Virus record (IMG/VR): IMGVR_UViG_3300027734_002590
Coordinates: 37,663-101,662 of that record
DNA from: a virus
Direction: 5' to 3' (one strand)
Length of the DNA stretch: 64,000 bases
Under the pieces are notes generated by a model, which saw nothing but the letters and a program-made list of their open reading frames with translations, did no database searches and was not told where the DNA came from. The position numbers and the translations under genes are program-made. Shown here in pieces: positions 35,554 through 45,175 of the stretch (within the stretch, counting starts at the first letter, position 1; the number at the start of each line of letters is the position of its first letter).

Positions 35554-35584
35554 GGTTGTGTCCTCCTGACAAATATTTAGTCAT

Positions 35585-35606
35585 AAAAAATGGAACTTGC
35601 GTTCCA
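35585..35606 (-). terminator. intrinsic terminator
   Basis: TGGAAC-GCAA-GTTCCA-TTTTTT. Confidence 0.8.
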
Positions 35607-35655
35607 CTGTGGATTACGGATTCCCACGACACCTTATCTTGTGCCCGTACTTTAT

Positions 35656-35814
35656 TTATCTCAAAAATTTAGATAAAACCCATAATATCGGAAACCACCC
35701 CAACATCAGTACAGGTGCCAGGATCATTCCTTGTATAAGTTTGGCTCGTTGTTCTGCTTCACGTTCTTTAGTTCTTTGGCGTTCATATTCTATTTGTTGT
35801 TGGGTTGAATACAT
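35656..35814 (-). CDS. small membrane protein (52 aa)
   Basis: Hand-translated MYSTQQQIEYERQ...LWVLSKFLR*. Confidence 0.6.
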   Translation of the reverse strand: MYSTQQQIEYERQRTKEREAEQRAKLIQGMILAPVLMLGWFPILWVLSKFLR

Positions 35815-35815
35815 A

Positions 35816-37177
35816 TTAATATCCTTGTCTTATTGTGATAGGGGCACACCCGCCTGCTGTGGCACATGATGTAGTAACACTTACATTTTGTCCACCGTTT
35901 TGTTGTAGAATAACACTTGCTGGCCCTCCAGCATTTGTTAAGTCTAACGTAGCTCGGTTAGCTAACGAGCCTTCCTGTACAGCACTAATGCTATTGCTAT
36001 TGCCAGTTAATTTGTTTTCTAAGTAATGTTGACCTGTACCTTTTTGTATGGCTTCGACAGTATTGTTGTTGCCTGCAATACTATTAAACATTATTTTATT
36101 ACCGTTATCTGTCTGTCGGGCTGTAACACTATTTTGATTACCATTTATAGTGGTTTCTATGTAGTGTCCACCAACTCCGCCTGTGTTGCTTTGCTGTGTA
36201 GTTAATGTATTATTAGATCCGTTGATATCTACATTTTGATAGTGTCCGTTCCCGCCTGAAGCAGAGCCCTGTGTTGTCCGTGCTTGGTTAATATTAAGTG
36301 TATTACTATCCCCAACTACATTAAAATTAACTTCATTTTGACCTATTCCGCTTACACCTTGATTTAACGTAATGCTGTTAGAGCTACCTTGTATTGTAGC
36401 GTACTGAGTTCCGTTACCACCAATAAGGTTTTTACCTCCGGTCTGATTTATGGTCACAGTATTGTTATTACCACTAACTTGATCAATGTAAATTTTATTG
36501 CCATCTGCAACTGTTTTATTTGCCCAAGCAGTTACTTTATTTTGTTGAGAGGTAGTTATTGTAGTTGTTTCGGTAAATGTCATAGTACCGGCTGTACCGC
36601 CACCGATAGTAACATAAGTCGGATATTGAGGAGGCGGTGGCGTTGCAGGTTGTGCTGTTTGGCCTGCGGCTAATGGAGTTGTGCTTCCGTTGGTTGCGTA
36701 TGCGTTGACTTGTGCCACTGTTGGGTTCAATGTGCCAGTCCACGATACACCGTTGGTGTTAGAAAACCCCTGAGTCATACTAAACAACTGTCCAGTGTCG
36801 TTATCATTTCCAACGAAGAAGAAATAGTCTGCACCCATATTGATAATATGTCCAGTACCCATAACTGCCTTTTGTGTTCCGTTAGCAGTATATTGAATTG
36901 CGTTCCACGGATTAGTAGAATCCCCAGTTGCTACAAATTTAACATAGTCTCCAGCACCCCAGGTTAGCTGTCCGTTATACCAAGGAATCATATATGCGGT
37001 TCCAGGATTTTTACTATAGATTTGGCAAGTTGCTGTTTGTGTACACGCCTGCACATTCCATTGGCTATCTGCTATTTGTGCTTGTCCAAACTTTAAATCA
37101 GCCAAGCCAGATGCTTGACTGTATGCAGTAATGCATAACATACACAGTATGAAGAAAAGCAGGATAGAACGTTTCAT
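35816..37177 (-). CDS. secreted protein with curlin-like N/Q/G repeats plus an N-terminal domain
   Basis: Signal peptide; repeated I.G..N...i.Q.G units (IYIDQVSGNNN, TINQTG). Confidence 0.8.
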   Translation of the reverse strand: MKRSILLFFILCMLCITAYSQASGLADLKFGQAQIADSQWNVQACTQTATCQIYSKNPGTAYMIPWYNGQLTWGAGDYVKFVATGDSTNPWNAIQYTANGTQKAVMGTGHIINMGADYFFFVGNDNDTGQLFSMTQGFSNTNGVSWTGTLNPTVAQVNAYATNGSTTPLAAGQTAQPATPPPPQYPTYVTIGGGTAGTMTFTETTTITTSQQNKVTAWANKTVADGNKIYIDQVSGNNNTVTINQTGGKNLIGGNGTQYATIQGSSNSITLNQGVSGIGQNEVNFNVVGDSNTLNINQARTTQGSASGGNGHYQNVDINGSNNTLTTQQSNTGGVGGHYIETTINGNQNSVTARQTDNGNKIMFNSIAGNNNTVEAIQKGTGQHYLENKLTGNSNSISAVQEGSLANRATLDLTNAGGPASVILQQNGGQNVSVTTSCATAGGCAPITIRQGY

Positions 37178-38286
37178 TATTTTTGTGTTAATGATATTAT
37201 GGTATTGTTACCTTGATTAACACGGTTCTTAAATTCAATATTATTTTGTGTCATATATAATGTTGAATTTTGAGTTTGAGGTGTTGTTATACACATACGA
37301 TCAGCACCGTTATCACGACATAGTGTAACTGTCGGATCGTCCTTGGTAACAATGATGCCACTGGCTTTTTTATAGTCAGGCAACATACTGTCAACTTCTT
37401 CTAGCAATTTTTCATTAAGGGCATTACCAACCATGTCAAACATATTGGCTAGAAAATTATTATCTAAAAAATTACGACTAAGTTTGTCTTGGAAGAATTG
37501 ACGAGCACTATCATCTAGCGCATTAGTAAGTCCTTGCTCTTTTAGGAAATCAACATCCAACGGACCACGCATATCTCTACGTTGGTCTTTGTTATTGTCT
37601 TTTTTCATTTCATCAGGAGTTGATATTAATAAACTTTCAATAGCATTTTCGCTAAGGTTTAATGTTACAGGTTTACTAGGAGGAGAGCTACGACTGTTTA
37701 CTTTAGTTGCTTGAAATGGTTGATTTAGGATAACCATTCCAGCATCTGTTTCTACGCTGATCTCTCCTGTATGACAACTTGACTCAATGTCTTTAATTGA
37801 TCGTGTAGTTCTATTTGTGGGACAGCTGGGCAACAATATAACTGTTGACTGTCCGAGTTCGTCTACTGAGGCTGTGAAGTCTGTGCCACGTACAGAGATA
37901 GTTGCTGTTGGGGTATTAAGTGCTACGTTCTGTGGGCTGTTCTTGGCAATCTGTCCACTAGCATAACGAACAGTACCTAATGCCATCTTAGCACTTAGTT
38001 TACCGCTTTTACTTTTTGGATCGTAGACAAAATCGTCAATTACAAGTTTACTATTTTCGTTAACTTGAACTTTTGTATCATCTTGGAAAGTTATTCCTAA
38101 TTTTCCCGACTGCGTTCTGATCGAGTCGTTCATCTCCACTCCTGTGCCCTTGGCGCCCGTTAGTGTTTGTTTGTCCCGCTGGATGCTGGCCGGTGTGTTG
38201 ACCTGCTCGGTTACTGTTCCGACTGCGGCGCGACTCAACGAGGTACTTAGCAACAGCGAGCATAGTACGACTATCCATGTTTTCAT
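37177..38286 (-). CDS. FecR-domain protein
   Basis: Signal peptide; ITFQDDT.V, TPTATISVRGTDF. Confidence 0.88.
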   Translation of the reverse strand: MKTWIVVLCSLLLSTSLSRAAVGTVTEQVNTPASIQRDKQTLTGAKGTGVEMNDSIRTQSGKLGITFQDDTKVQVNENSKLVIDDFVYDPKSKSGKLSAKMALGTVRYASGQIAKNSPQNVALNTPTATISVRGTDFTASVDELGQSTVILLPSCPTNRTTRSIKDIESSCHTGEISVETDAGMVILNQPFQATKVNSRSSPPSKPVTLNLSENAIESLLISTPDEMKKDNNKDQRRDMRGPLDVDFLKEQGLTNALDDSARQFFQDKLSRNFLDNNFLANMFDMVGNALNEKLLEEVDSMLPDYKKASGIIVTKDDPTVTLCRDNGADRMCITTPQTQNSTLYMTQNNIEFKNRVNQGNNTIISLTQK

Positions 38287-38459
38287 TCTTCACCTTTTTC
38301 GAACCAGGTATATTTTTGCAATTCTCTCATGATATTGTCGCCCGTTGTACCATACTGTTTGGCCGCAAATTCTACAAACGAGCACCAGTCACGGAGGTAG
38401 TCTGGATTGCCCTGCATCCATGCCTGGTACATGTGCTGTAGTGTACGCAAGTCTATCAT
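38283..38459 (-). CDS. small hypothetical protein (58 aa)
   Basis: Hand-translated MIDLRTLQHMYQAW...; stop overlaps the fecR start. Confidence 0.65.
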   Translation of the reverse strand: MIDLRTLQHMYQAWMQGNPDYLRDWCSFVEFAAKQYGTTGDNIMRELQKYTWFEKGEE

Positions 38460-38460
38460 G

Positions 38461-39312
38461 TTACTGTTTTTGTGTTATACTATATGTGTTAGTATTAGAC
38501 GCATTACCCGAACTACCTAATTTCAAATTAAACACGTTAGCATTTGCAGAACCTGTTTGACTTAGTGTAATAGTGTTTCCAGTACCATTAACATCCATCC
38601 ATGCTTGATGGCCTGTTGATCCGCCTGAACCACTCTGAGCAATGTCAACAGTATTTGTTGCACCTTCTAATTTTACATAAACATTTCCGTTGTCACCTGT
38701 TAAGTTAGTAGTTACGCTGTTAGCTGTACCACCGGATGTCGTAATATCTTGTCTTGTTCCAGTAGCATCAACTGTTGAAATTAATGTAGCGCCGCCACCA
38801 CTTTGTGTAGCAGTTAATTGATTATCACTGCCTACCATACTAACATTAGCAGTATTGCTACCGTTCAACTGCGTAACACTAACAATAGTATCACTAGCTC
38901 TTGAATTACTAGTACCTAATTGGAATGTTGCCAAGTTATTGCTTCCACTTATGTTACCACTATTAACGGTACTATAAGTTAAATCAACACTCTTGCTAGT
39001 ACCCATAGTAGCATCAATTCCTAACCCCATTTTGTTGTTACTACCAGTTTGATTGATATTAACATTAACACCATCACCTCTAATAAGAGCAGGGTCCGTT
39101 GGACTGTTAATTGAAACAGACGAAGATAACCCTTTAACTTGGTTACCGGCCCCGTCCTGATTAATTGTAACGTTTGTAAAATCACCTGCCTGATCAATGT
39201 AAATGCTATTGTCAGCCGCTAACAGTGAGCCCGATGATAGCATCCCAGCCATCATTAGAATTGTAAGTAATTTTCTCGACAACTTACCAGCGCCTTTGAT
39301 TCTTTGTTCCAT
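38461..39312 (-). CDS. curlin-like (CsgA/CsgB-type) repeat protein
   Basis: Signal peptide; ADNSIYIDQAG, INQDG, INQTGSNN, IAQSG, LSQTG repeats. Confidence 0.82.
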   Translation of the reverse strand: MEQRIKGAGKLSRKLLTILMMAGMLSSGSLLAADNSIYIDQAGDFTNVTINQDGAGNQVKGLSSSVSINSPTDPALIRGDGVNVNINQTGSNNKMGLGIDATMGTSKSVDLTYSTVNSGNISGSNNLATFQLGTSNSRASDTIVSVTQLNGSNTANVSMVGSDNQLTATQSGGGATLISTVDATGTRQDITTSGGTANSVTTNLTGDNGNVYVKLEGATNTVDIAQSGSGGSTGHQAWMDVNGTGNTITLSQTGSANANVFNLKLGSSGNASNTNTYSITQKQ

Positions 39313-39504
39313 CTTATTACAGAATTAGGTTGCAACACCTTGTTTGTAATTGTTTACAAACGCTTAGTTCTACCCTAACTCAGCTCCTTGGTCAATGACC
39401 ATATATTGTACTGCTATTTTATTTAAACACCTTTGCCTCTCAATAATACTATGCTGTTATTTTTACAACATGTAAAAAAATTAACATGTAAAAATTACAA
39501 CACC

Positions 39505-40731
39505 TTACTCTAACTTATCAGCTCGAATCCAACCACCACGGTCAGTTCCGTCTGCTATGTTTACTCTCCACCAACCTTCTGTTCCTGGTTGTCTTACACT
39601 TACTATACTACCTTTGGGAAACCACCATTTCTTCGTACCCGCTTCGTTTTCACTTGCGTACAAATACGATCCCTCTTTTAGTTTCTTCTCACCAAATAAC
39701 GGCCTTGCAGTATCTTGTGCCATTTTGCTTTCATTTGGCTTAATGTCTTTTTCTACTTTCTTTTCTATCTTTACTTCTGAGGAGGTACTGGGTACGGCCT
39801 CGGGCTTGGTTTCGGTGACGGCTTGCGGTTGAACCACGACATCTTTCTTCTCCTCCTGTTTCTTTATTTCAGAACTTATAACAGGAGCAACTGGTTGTGT
39901 TGGGATAAACGACATTGCTGGAGGTTCTTTGACTTCTGGTTTGTAATCCCATACTCCTTTGCGCTGTCCCTCTTTAATCAATTCAACTACTGCCATTTCT
40001 GTTGCGGCTTTGACTGCGTATGTGCCGGGCTCGTTAATAGTTAAGCCGGCTTCTGCTTCAAATGATTGTGTAGCATTATCAAAGAATTTTAATGCTGTTA
40101 CGCTATCGCCAGTACTTAAAATTGTTTTTTGTACTGTAACGGTTATTAGCACCTTACCTGTGTTTACACTAACTGCTCGTAAACTTACTGTTACGGTGTC
40201 TGAACTCCACTGTGTCTGTTTACCAATACCAAATATACGCATACCAGCACCACCGCTGGTTGTACTTGTGTCATAACCTACAATACCGCCTTCAATAATC
40301 ATTCCGGCGAACTGCATTGGCATTAGTGGTTTGGCATTGTTGCCCTCATAGGCTTCACGCATCTGACGAATAATTAATCTTTCTTTAGTTAAGTTATCAA
40401 TACCTACACGTTCAACAACTTCAAACCAGCGTCCTTGCCCTACATCGCTTAGAGCTTTGATTAAGAATGTTTCAGCACCTTGCGTAACGGCAGTACTTAA
40501 ACTTGCTACGTTGGCTTGTGGACGGCGCTGTCCAGTCTTGTCTTGGAAACTATATACTGCCACGCTAATAGGTTTACCTGCGGCAGGTGCAGGCATACTA
40601 TCAAATTCTTTCTTAATATTTTCACGTTGCCCGGTTACAGTAGGGTCGGTCTCATTTAGGCCAGTGCTTTGTATTACAGCACAGCCACTGATCATTGTTG
40701 CTATCAATAATGCAATTAAATTCTTTTTCAT
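39505..40731 (-). CDS. csgG: CsgG-family curli secretion lipoprotein with C-terminal SH3-like domain
   Basis: Lipobox ISGC; AVYSFQDKTGQ, STAVTQG, VERVGIDNLTKER. Confidence 0.92.
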   Translation of the reverse strand: MKKNLIALLIATMISGCAVIQSTGLNETDPTVTGQRENIKKEFDSMPAPAAGKPISVAVYSFQDKTGQRRPQANVASLSTAVTQGAETFLIKALSDVGQGRWFEVVERVGIDNLTKERLIIRQMREAYEGNNAKPLMPMQFAGMIIEGGIVGYDTSTTSGGAGMRIFGIGKQTQWSSDTVTVSLRAVSVNTGKVLITVTVQKTILSTGDSVTALKFFDNATQSFEAEAGLTINEPGTYAVKAATEMAVVELIKEGQRKGVWDYKPEVKEPPAMSFIPTQPVAPVISSEIKKQEEKKDVVVQPQAVTETKPEAVPSTSSEVKIEKKVEKDIKPNESKMAQDTARPLFGEKKLKEGSYLYASENEAGTKKWWFPKGSIVSVRQPGTEGWWRVNIADGTDRGGWIRADKLE

Positions 40732-40740
40732 GCCCTAGCC

Positions 40741-41220
40741 TTAAAATGTCCATTGATACATCGGAACAGTAATAGACGTTGGCGGTTGCCCGGGTTGATA
40801 AACAGTTATAGTAATGTTATCACCTGATGTTGCTTTTGACCATTCCATCCAAGTCATAGGAGTTCCGTCTGCATTTTTTGACATAACAAAACTACCTGAA
40901 GTAGGTGTAGTTCCATCTGCATTTGTTTTAAACATTGCAGATGCTAAATTTTGACTTATCTGTGCATACACACGAGATTCTAAGTTACTTAAAAACTTAG
41001 ACATATTGGTGTTTGCTTTATCTGCGGCGGCTTTATCTACTGCGGCCTGTATTTGATCACGAACTGCTTTTTGCCTTGTGTACTCTTGATTTTCTATAGT
41101 TAAGACGTGAGAACTATAACCAGACCCAGTAAAGGCTGGACTTTTAAATGAATAGTCGGCTAGAGGTGCCGCATTTAATAATAGTGGAAATACCCCGAGT
41201 GTTAGGGCAAGTATACGCAT
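40741..41220 (-). CDS. csgF: CsgF-family curli assembly protein
   Basis: Signal peptide then F-K-S-P-A-F-x-G; FLSNLESRVYAQIS; directly upstream of csgG. Confidence 0.8.
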   Translation of the reverse strand: MRILALTLGVFPLLLNAAPLADYSFKSPAFTGSGYSSHVLTIENQEYTRQKAVRDQIQAAVDKAAADKANTNMSKFLSNLESRVYAQISQNLASAMFKTNADGTTPTSGSFVMSKNADGTPMTWMEWSKATSGDNITITVYQPGQPPTSITVPMYQWTF

Positions 41221-41281
41221 GATCGCTCCTCCGGTAATACAAATGTATTTACGGAGGTATTAGATCTGATTTAGTACGTGT

Positions 41282-42991
41282 TTATTGATTGGTGTAACTA
41301 GGCGTTTGCCCAGTTAATGGTGCGCCTGCTGGGTTCCTGCCCATCGGCTTGCCTACATTAGGAAGAGGTTTAGTAGCAGATTTTGTTTGTACTACTGGTG
41401 CTTTTTGCACTGATGGGTTAGTACCGGCCGGAGTAACACCTTGTGCTGGCGCGGGAGTTTTTGCCGCAGGTTGTTTTTGTTGCTGAGACTGATCTTCAAT
41501 CTTTTCAATGTAGTTTGCAATATCAGAAATATCTTTTAGTAATCCGCCCATTGCAGTCATATTTCTAACTGTGCCATCTTTAAATTGAGACTTTAAATCT
41601 ACTAACTTGTTAGTGGCGTCTTTTCTACCTGCCGGAACAAACTTTTTAGCAATACTTCCTATAGGATATCCGTAAATGGAAATAATATGGGCCTTACCTT
41701 CCATATTTTCAACAACAACTAATTGTAGTTGTCGCATTGCTTTTTCAAATTCTGAACCAAAACTTAATTCTCTAAAAGCCTTCTTATCATCTGGATCGAG
41801 GATAACCATTTCAACACCTTCTTCTTTTCTAGTAAGATGTTGGAGTAATCCCTGATAAACGTCTTCGACTAATCCAGCCTGGTCAGTTCTTGCTTTTGCT
41901 TTTAACTTCTTGCCCGCATCTTCGTAGGCCGCAAGCATTCCGTTATCAAAATTGTGCTTTTTTTCTTCAGCTGATCCTCGAGCTCCTTTTGCAATCTCAT
42001 AAAAGTATTTTTTAACAGACGGGGATAATGGAACATTAAATGAGCTAAAAAATTCAGTAACGTGTTCAAAGCTAGAACCAACAACTTGTCCAAACTGCGC
42101 TACATCTCCCGCTTTAACGCTTAATAAACGTTTGGCTGTAGGTTGTCCGTCAACTAAAATCCTAAGATCGACCTTAGTCGTACTTTGATTTTCTTTTTCG
42201 CCACCGTCACTGATAACATCTACTTTGTTGTTTCTTGGATCATCTTGTGCGGCCTGTATAGCACCTGCTACACGTTCAGACGTATTAGCATACTCAACAG
42301 CAATTCTCGATCTTCTTTCTATTAGGTCGATCGATTCTTGAGGAACTTTATAATCTTGTAGAGTTTTACGACCTTCGCCTAGCCAAGCATAAAATGCTTT
42401 CTTATCCATAAACGGTATAGATACTTTAAATTCTAGGGTGTCTTTACCTGCTTTTGCTTGTATCACTCCGCCGTTTTGAGCTATTTGTCTACCCATATCT
42501 GCAAGATCTTTTTCAGTAACAGTTCCGCCACCTTTAACAAACTTAGCGGCTACAGCACAACCTAATAAGGCTTCTGTTACATTACCCATATTAGGTTTTA
42601 TTTCGCCTTTAATTTTTTCATCTTTATAGATATTAGTTAATCTTACATTATGGACTACTTCGCCAGTTGGTTCGCTTGTGTCTTCGTCTACAACATTAAC
42701 TGAGAATACAATTCCGGACAAGTTTCCGGTTTTCATTGCACTTTTAATATTTGCTTTTACTGTGAGTGGGTCAACTATTGTTCCTTCGAAGTTTTTTCCT
42801 GCGTGAGAAACTATTCCTTTCTTTTTATTTGCAGGTCTAAAGCCTGTATTAAAAGCGTATATCTGCCCCTCTATATTGTCTAAGAATGGATTTATGTATT
42901 TGGCAGATCTTGGCCCCGACCAATCTGGTAATTTCATAAGTCCTTCAAGTAAGGCTAATTTTGATTCAATAATAAATTCACGTGCTCGCAT
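41282..42991 (-). CDS. large hypothetical protein, possibly virion-associated
   Basis: 569 aa, late-type TAAATA motif upstream, Pro/Ala/Gln tail. Confidence 0.7.
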   Translation of the reverse strand: MRAREFIIESKLALLEGLMKLPDWSGPRSAKYINPFLDNIEGQIYAFNTGFRPANKKKGIVSHAGKNFEGTIVDPLTVKANIKSAMKTGNLSGIVFSVNVVDEDTSEPTGEVVHNVRLTNIYKDEKIKGEIKPNMGNVTEALLGCAVAAKFVKGGGTVTEKDLADMGRQIAQNGGVIQAKAGKDTLEFKVSIPFMDKKAFYAWLGEGRKTLQDYKVPQESIDLIERRSRIAVEYANTSERVAGAIQAAQDDPRNNKVDVISDGGEKENQSTTKVDLRILVDGQPTAKRLLSVKAGDVAQFGQVVGSSFEHVTEFFSSFNVPLSPSVKKYFYEIAKGARGSAEEKKHNFDNGMLAAYEDAGKKLKAKARTDQAGLVEDVYQGLLQHLTRKEEGVEMVILDPDDKKAFRELSFGSEFEKAMRQLQLVVVENMEGKAHIISIYGYPIGSIAKKFVPAGRKDATNKLVDLKSQFKDGTVRNMTAMGGLLKDISDIANYIEKIEDQSQQQKQPAAKTPAPAQGVTPAGTNPSVQKAPVVQTKSATKPLPNVGKPMGRNPAGAPLTGQTPSYTNQ

Positions 42992-43001
42992 AATCTAATA
43001 T

Positions 43002-43688
43002 TTAACCAATTTCCGGGAATAGAACTTCCTGCACAAAACGCTTAATTTTACCCTCTTCTATACCCATAGCAACCATACTGCGAACTACTTGGGGGTTCTG
43101 CTTTTGATAATGGCAATAGCGATTCTGTGCTTGATGGAAGTCAAAACCGCTATGTTGTGCTATACCTACGTTCTTTATGTAAAAATCTAGAGTTGTTTTG
43201 GCAAGATCACATAGTTGCTGTATTTCTAGTTCGCTACGTAAATTGCCGGCCGCTACCATTGCAGGGCTGAATATTTGTCGAGCCCATTCTGGTAGCTCTC
43301 GTGGTTTATTCCACTCCAAATCATTAACCTGGGCTTTAAACCACAAGTACATAGGACTCAATGGATCTCCGCTAATACTATAGTCGTGGAATGCTCCTGT
43401 TATTTTATTGCGGCCGCAGACAGCGTCAAACCCGAATATAGGACTAGAGTCATTAGTGTGCGGAAACACAGTGGTGTGCAGGATATACATCCCGTGACTT
43501 TCACGTTTGTCTACAATTTCAACGTGTGCTCTACGGTATCGTGAGCTAGACCAAAGAGAATTGTGCCATTCATAATCGCTAACATCCTGGCTGATCAACT
43601 CACCTGTGTTGTTAAACACGTTAGTAAAGTGTTCAGATAGTTCTTCTATCTGCGTCCAAGCTTCAATCGATGTTAGGGAGTCTGTCAT
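43002..43688 (-). CDS. ferredoxin-dependent bilin reductase (PcyX/PcyA-like)
   Basis: RRAHVE, LH..VFP, PIFGFD, RELPEWA..IFS, YCHYQKQN; adjacent to heme oxygenase. Confidence 0.85.
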   Translation of the reverse strand: MTDSLTSIEAWTQIEELSEHFTNVFNNTGELISQDVSDYEWHNSLWSSSRYRRAHVEIVDKRESHGMYILHTTVFPHTNDSSPIFGFDAVCGRNKITGAFHDYSISGDPLSPMYLWFKAQVNDLEWNKPRELPEWARQIFSPAMVAAGNLRSELEIQQLCDLAKTTLDFYIKNVGIAQHSGFDFHQAQNRYCHYQKQNPQVVRSMVAMGIEEGKIKRFVQEVLFPEIG

Positions 43689-44202
43689 TGAATTCATTCA
43701 TTATTCTAATTGCCCAGTTGAACGATTTTAATGCTTCTTCGCCCAAGCTGTCATCTAATTTTGCACGGATCTTTTCTTTAAGTCCGTCACCATCTTTAAA
43801 TTCTAAATTGCGATGGGGTGGAGGCAAAATTTTCTTAATCATTTGACCACCAAATAAGTCGCCCATATGCCAAGTGTATAAGTGAGCCAGTACTTGTCCT
43901 TTTGGGAGATCTAAAATGTAACGATGGTATTCAATTGCGCCGGGAGTAAACTTGCCGTCAAATCTATTTTCGCAAAGATCTTTGTAGTCTTGGTATAGTT
44001 TGTATGCACGATCGATATCTGGTAGATCGTCTAGTAGCCCTTCGGAGCGGGCTTTAGTTTCGATAGCACCATACCATAACATTTTGTTGTAGGTAAAGTC
44101 TTTCCATACATCAACTGGCATCTGCTTTTTAAAAACAGAACGCATGAATTTAGTATCCTCTGCGGCCTGATGTACTTCTTTGGTAATTTCTTTTAAGCTC
44201 AT
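43663..44202 (-). CDS. heme oxygenase
   Basis: LKEITKEVHQAAE proximal His; HLYTWHMGDLFGGQMI. Confidence 0.9.
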   Translation of the reverse strand: MSLKEITKEVHQAAEDTKFMRSVFKKQMPVDVWKDFTYNKMLWYGAIETKARSEGLLDDLPDIDRAYKLYQDYKDLCENRFDGKFTPGAIEYHRYILDLPKGQVLAHLYTWHMGDLFGGQMIKKILPPPHRNLEFKDGDGLKEKIRAKLDDSLGEEALKSFNWAIRIMNEFNDRLPNID

Positions 44203-44236
44203 TATATTCTCCTGTACGGATATTTATAGTGGGCTT

Positions 44237-44539
44237 TTACTCTGGTTCGACTTTAATGACTAAAGGGAATCCGTGTTCACGGGATAGTTCTGTTGCTTCT
44301 ACGGTCTTCTGCTCGGCAATTTCATAGCTGTAAATTCCTGCTACGGCCGCACCTTCATGGTGTATTTTCATAGTCAACGCTTCGGCAGAACTGTGATTGT
44401 GTTTGAACACACGAATCAACATAGCTATAACAAAATCCATAGGAGTTCTGTCATCATTAAGAACGATGCATTTATATTTGCTTGGACGTACTACTTCAAG
44501 ATCTTGTTTAGTAGTTTCTTTAGTTAGAGTTTCTGCCAT
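44237..44539 (-). CDS. clpS: Clp protease adaptor ClpS
   Basis: LNDDRTPMDFV, IHHEG, YEIAEQK, GFPL. Confidence 0.92.
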   Translation of the reverse strand: MAETLTKETTKQDLEVVRPSKYKCIVLNDDRTPMDFVIAMLIRVFKHNHSSAEALTMKIHHEGAAVAGIYSYEIAEQKTVEATELSREHGFPLVIKVEPE

Positions 44540-44566
44540 TGTGTAGCCCGTTTTATAGTTGATAAT

Positions 44567-44590
44567 AAAGGGAGGGTCACCCCTCCCTTA
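44567..44590 (-). terminator. intrinsic terminator after hsp20
   Basis: AAGGGAGGG-GTGA-CCCTCCCTT hairpin followed by T-rich tail. Confidence 0.7.
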
Positions 44591-44592
44591 CT

Positions 44593-45075
44593 TTATGCGG
44601 CCTTTGACAGCCTCGGTTTTTGTGTAGTTTCGAAAGTATTAGCAATTTCAATCTTACGTGGCTTCAGTGATTCTGGAAGTACACGCTCGAGTTTAATTGT
44701 TAAGATACCATCGTTGATTTCGGCTCCACGTACTTCAACATACTGTTCAAGAGTCCACGCACGATAGAAATCACGTGCGGCAAGACCGCGGTAGTGATAT
44801 ACCTGTCCTTCTGGTGGTTCTTTTTCAGCTTTCTTACCTTCTACAGTAAGTTGATGTTGATCGATAGTGATCTCAATCTCGTCCTTTTTAAAACCTGCTA
44901 CAGCGACTTCAATTTGATATTCGCTTTCACTAGTTTGAAGGATGTTGAATGGGGGATAGTTGTTGCCTGCGGAATTGGCCAATCTGCCGTCTAAACTGTC
45001 GAACAGTTGATCAAATCCAATGAGTGCTCTGTTGATATTCGCTAGAGCGTTTGTGTCGATACGATATGCTTTCAT
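44593..45075 (-). CDS. small heat-shock protein Hsp20 (IbpA-like)
   Basis: IGFD, NYPPFNI, AVAGF, DGIL.I.L, KPRKIEI. Confidence 0.95.
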   Translation of the reverse strand: MKAYRIDTNALANINRALIGFDQLFDSLDGRLANSAGNNYPPFNILQTSESEYQIEVAVAGFKKDEIEITIDQHQLTVEGKKAEKEPPEGQVYHYRGLAARDFYRAWTLEQYVEVRGAEINDGILTIKLERVLPESLKPRKIEIANTFETTQKPRLSKAA

Positions 45076-45077
45076 AA

Positions 45078-45098
45078 TTTTCTCCTTTAATAAGCAAG
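45078..45098 (-). promoter_or_regulatory. ROSE-like RNA thermometer over the hsp20 RBS
   Basis: Same 21-mer as the dnaK leader, preceded by two hairpins and a TTGACA-17-TATAAT promoter (45159-45187). Confidence 0.65.
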
Positions 45099-45175
45099 AT
45101 ATTTTGGGCTACTTGCCCAATGTAGGAAACCCAATTGGCATCTCCTACATGTTTATTTATTATACACGATATCAG

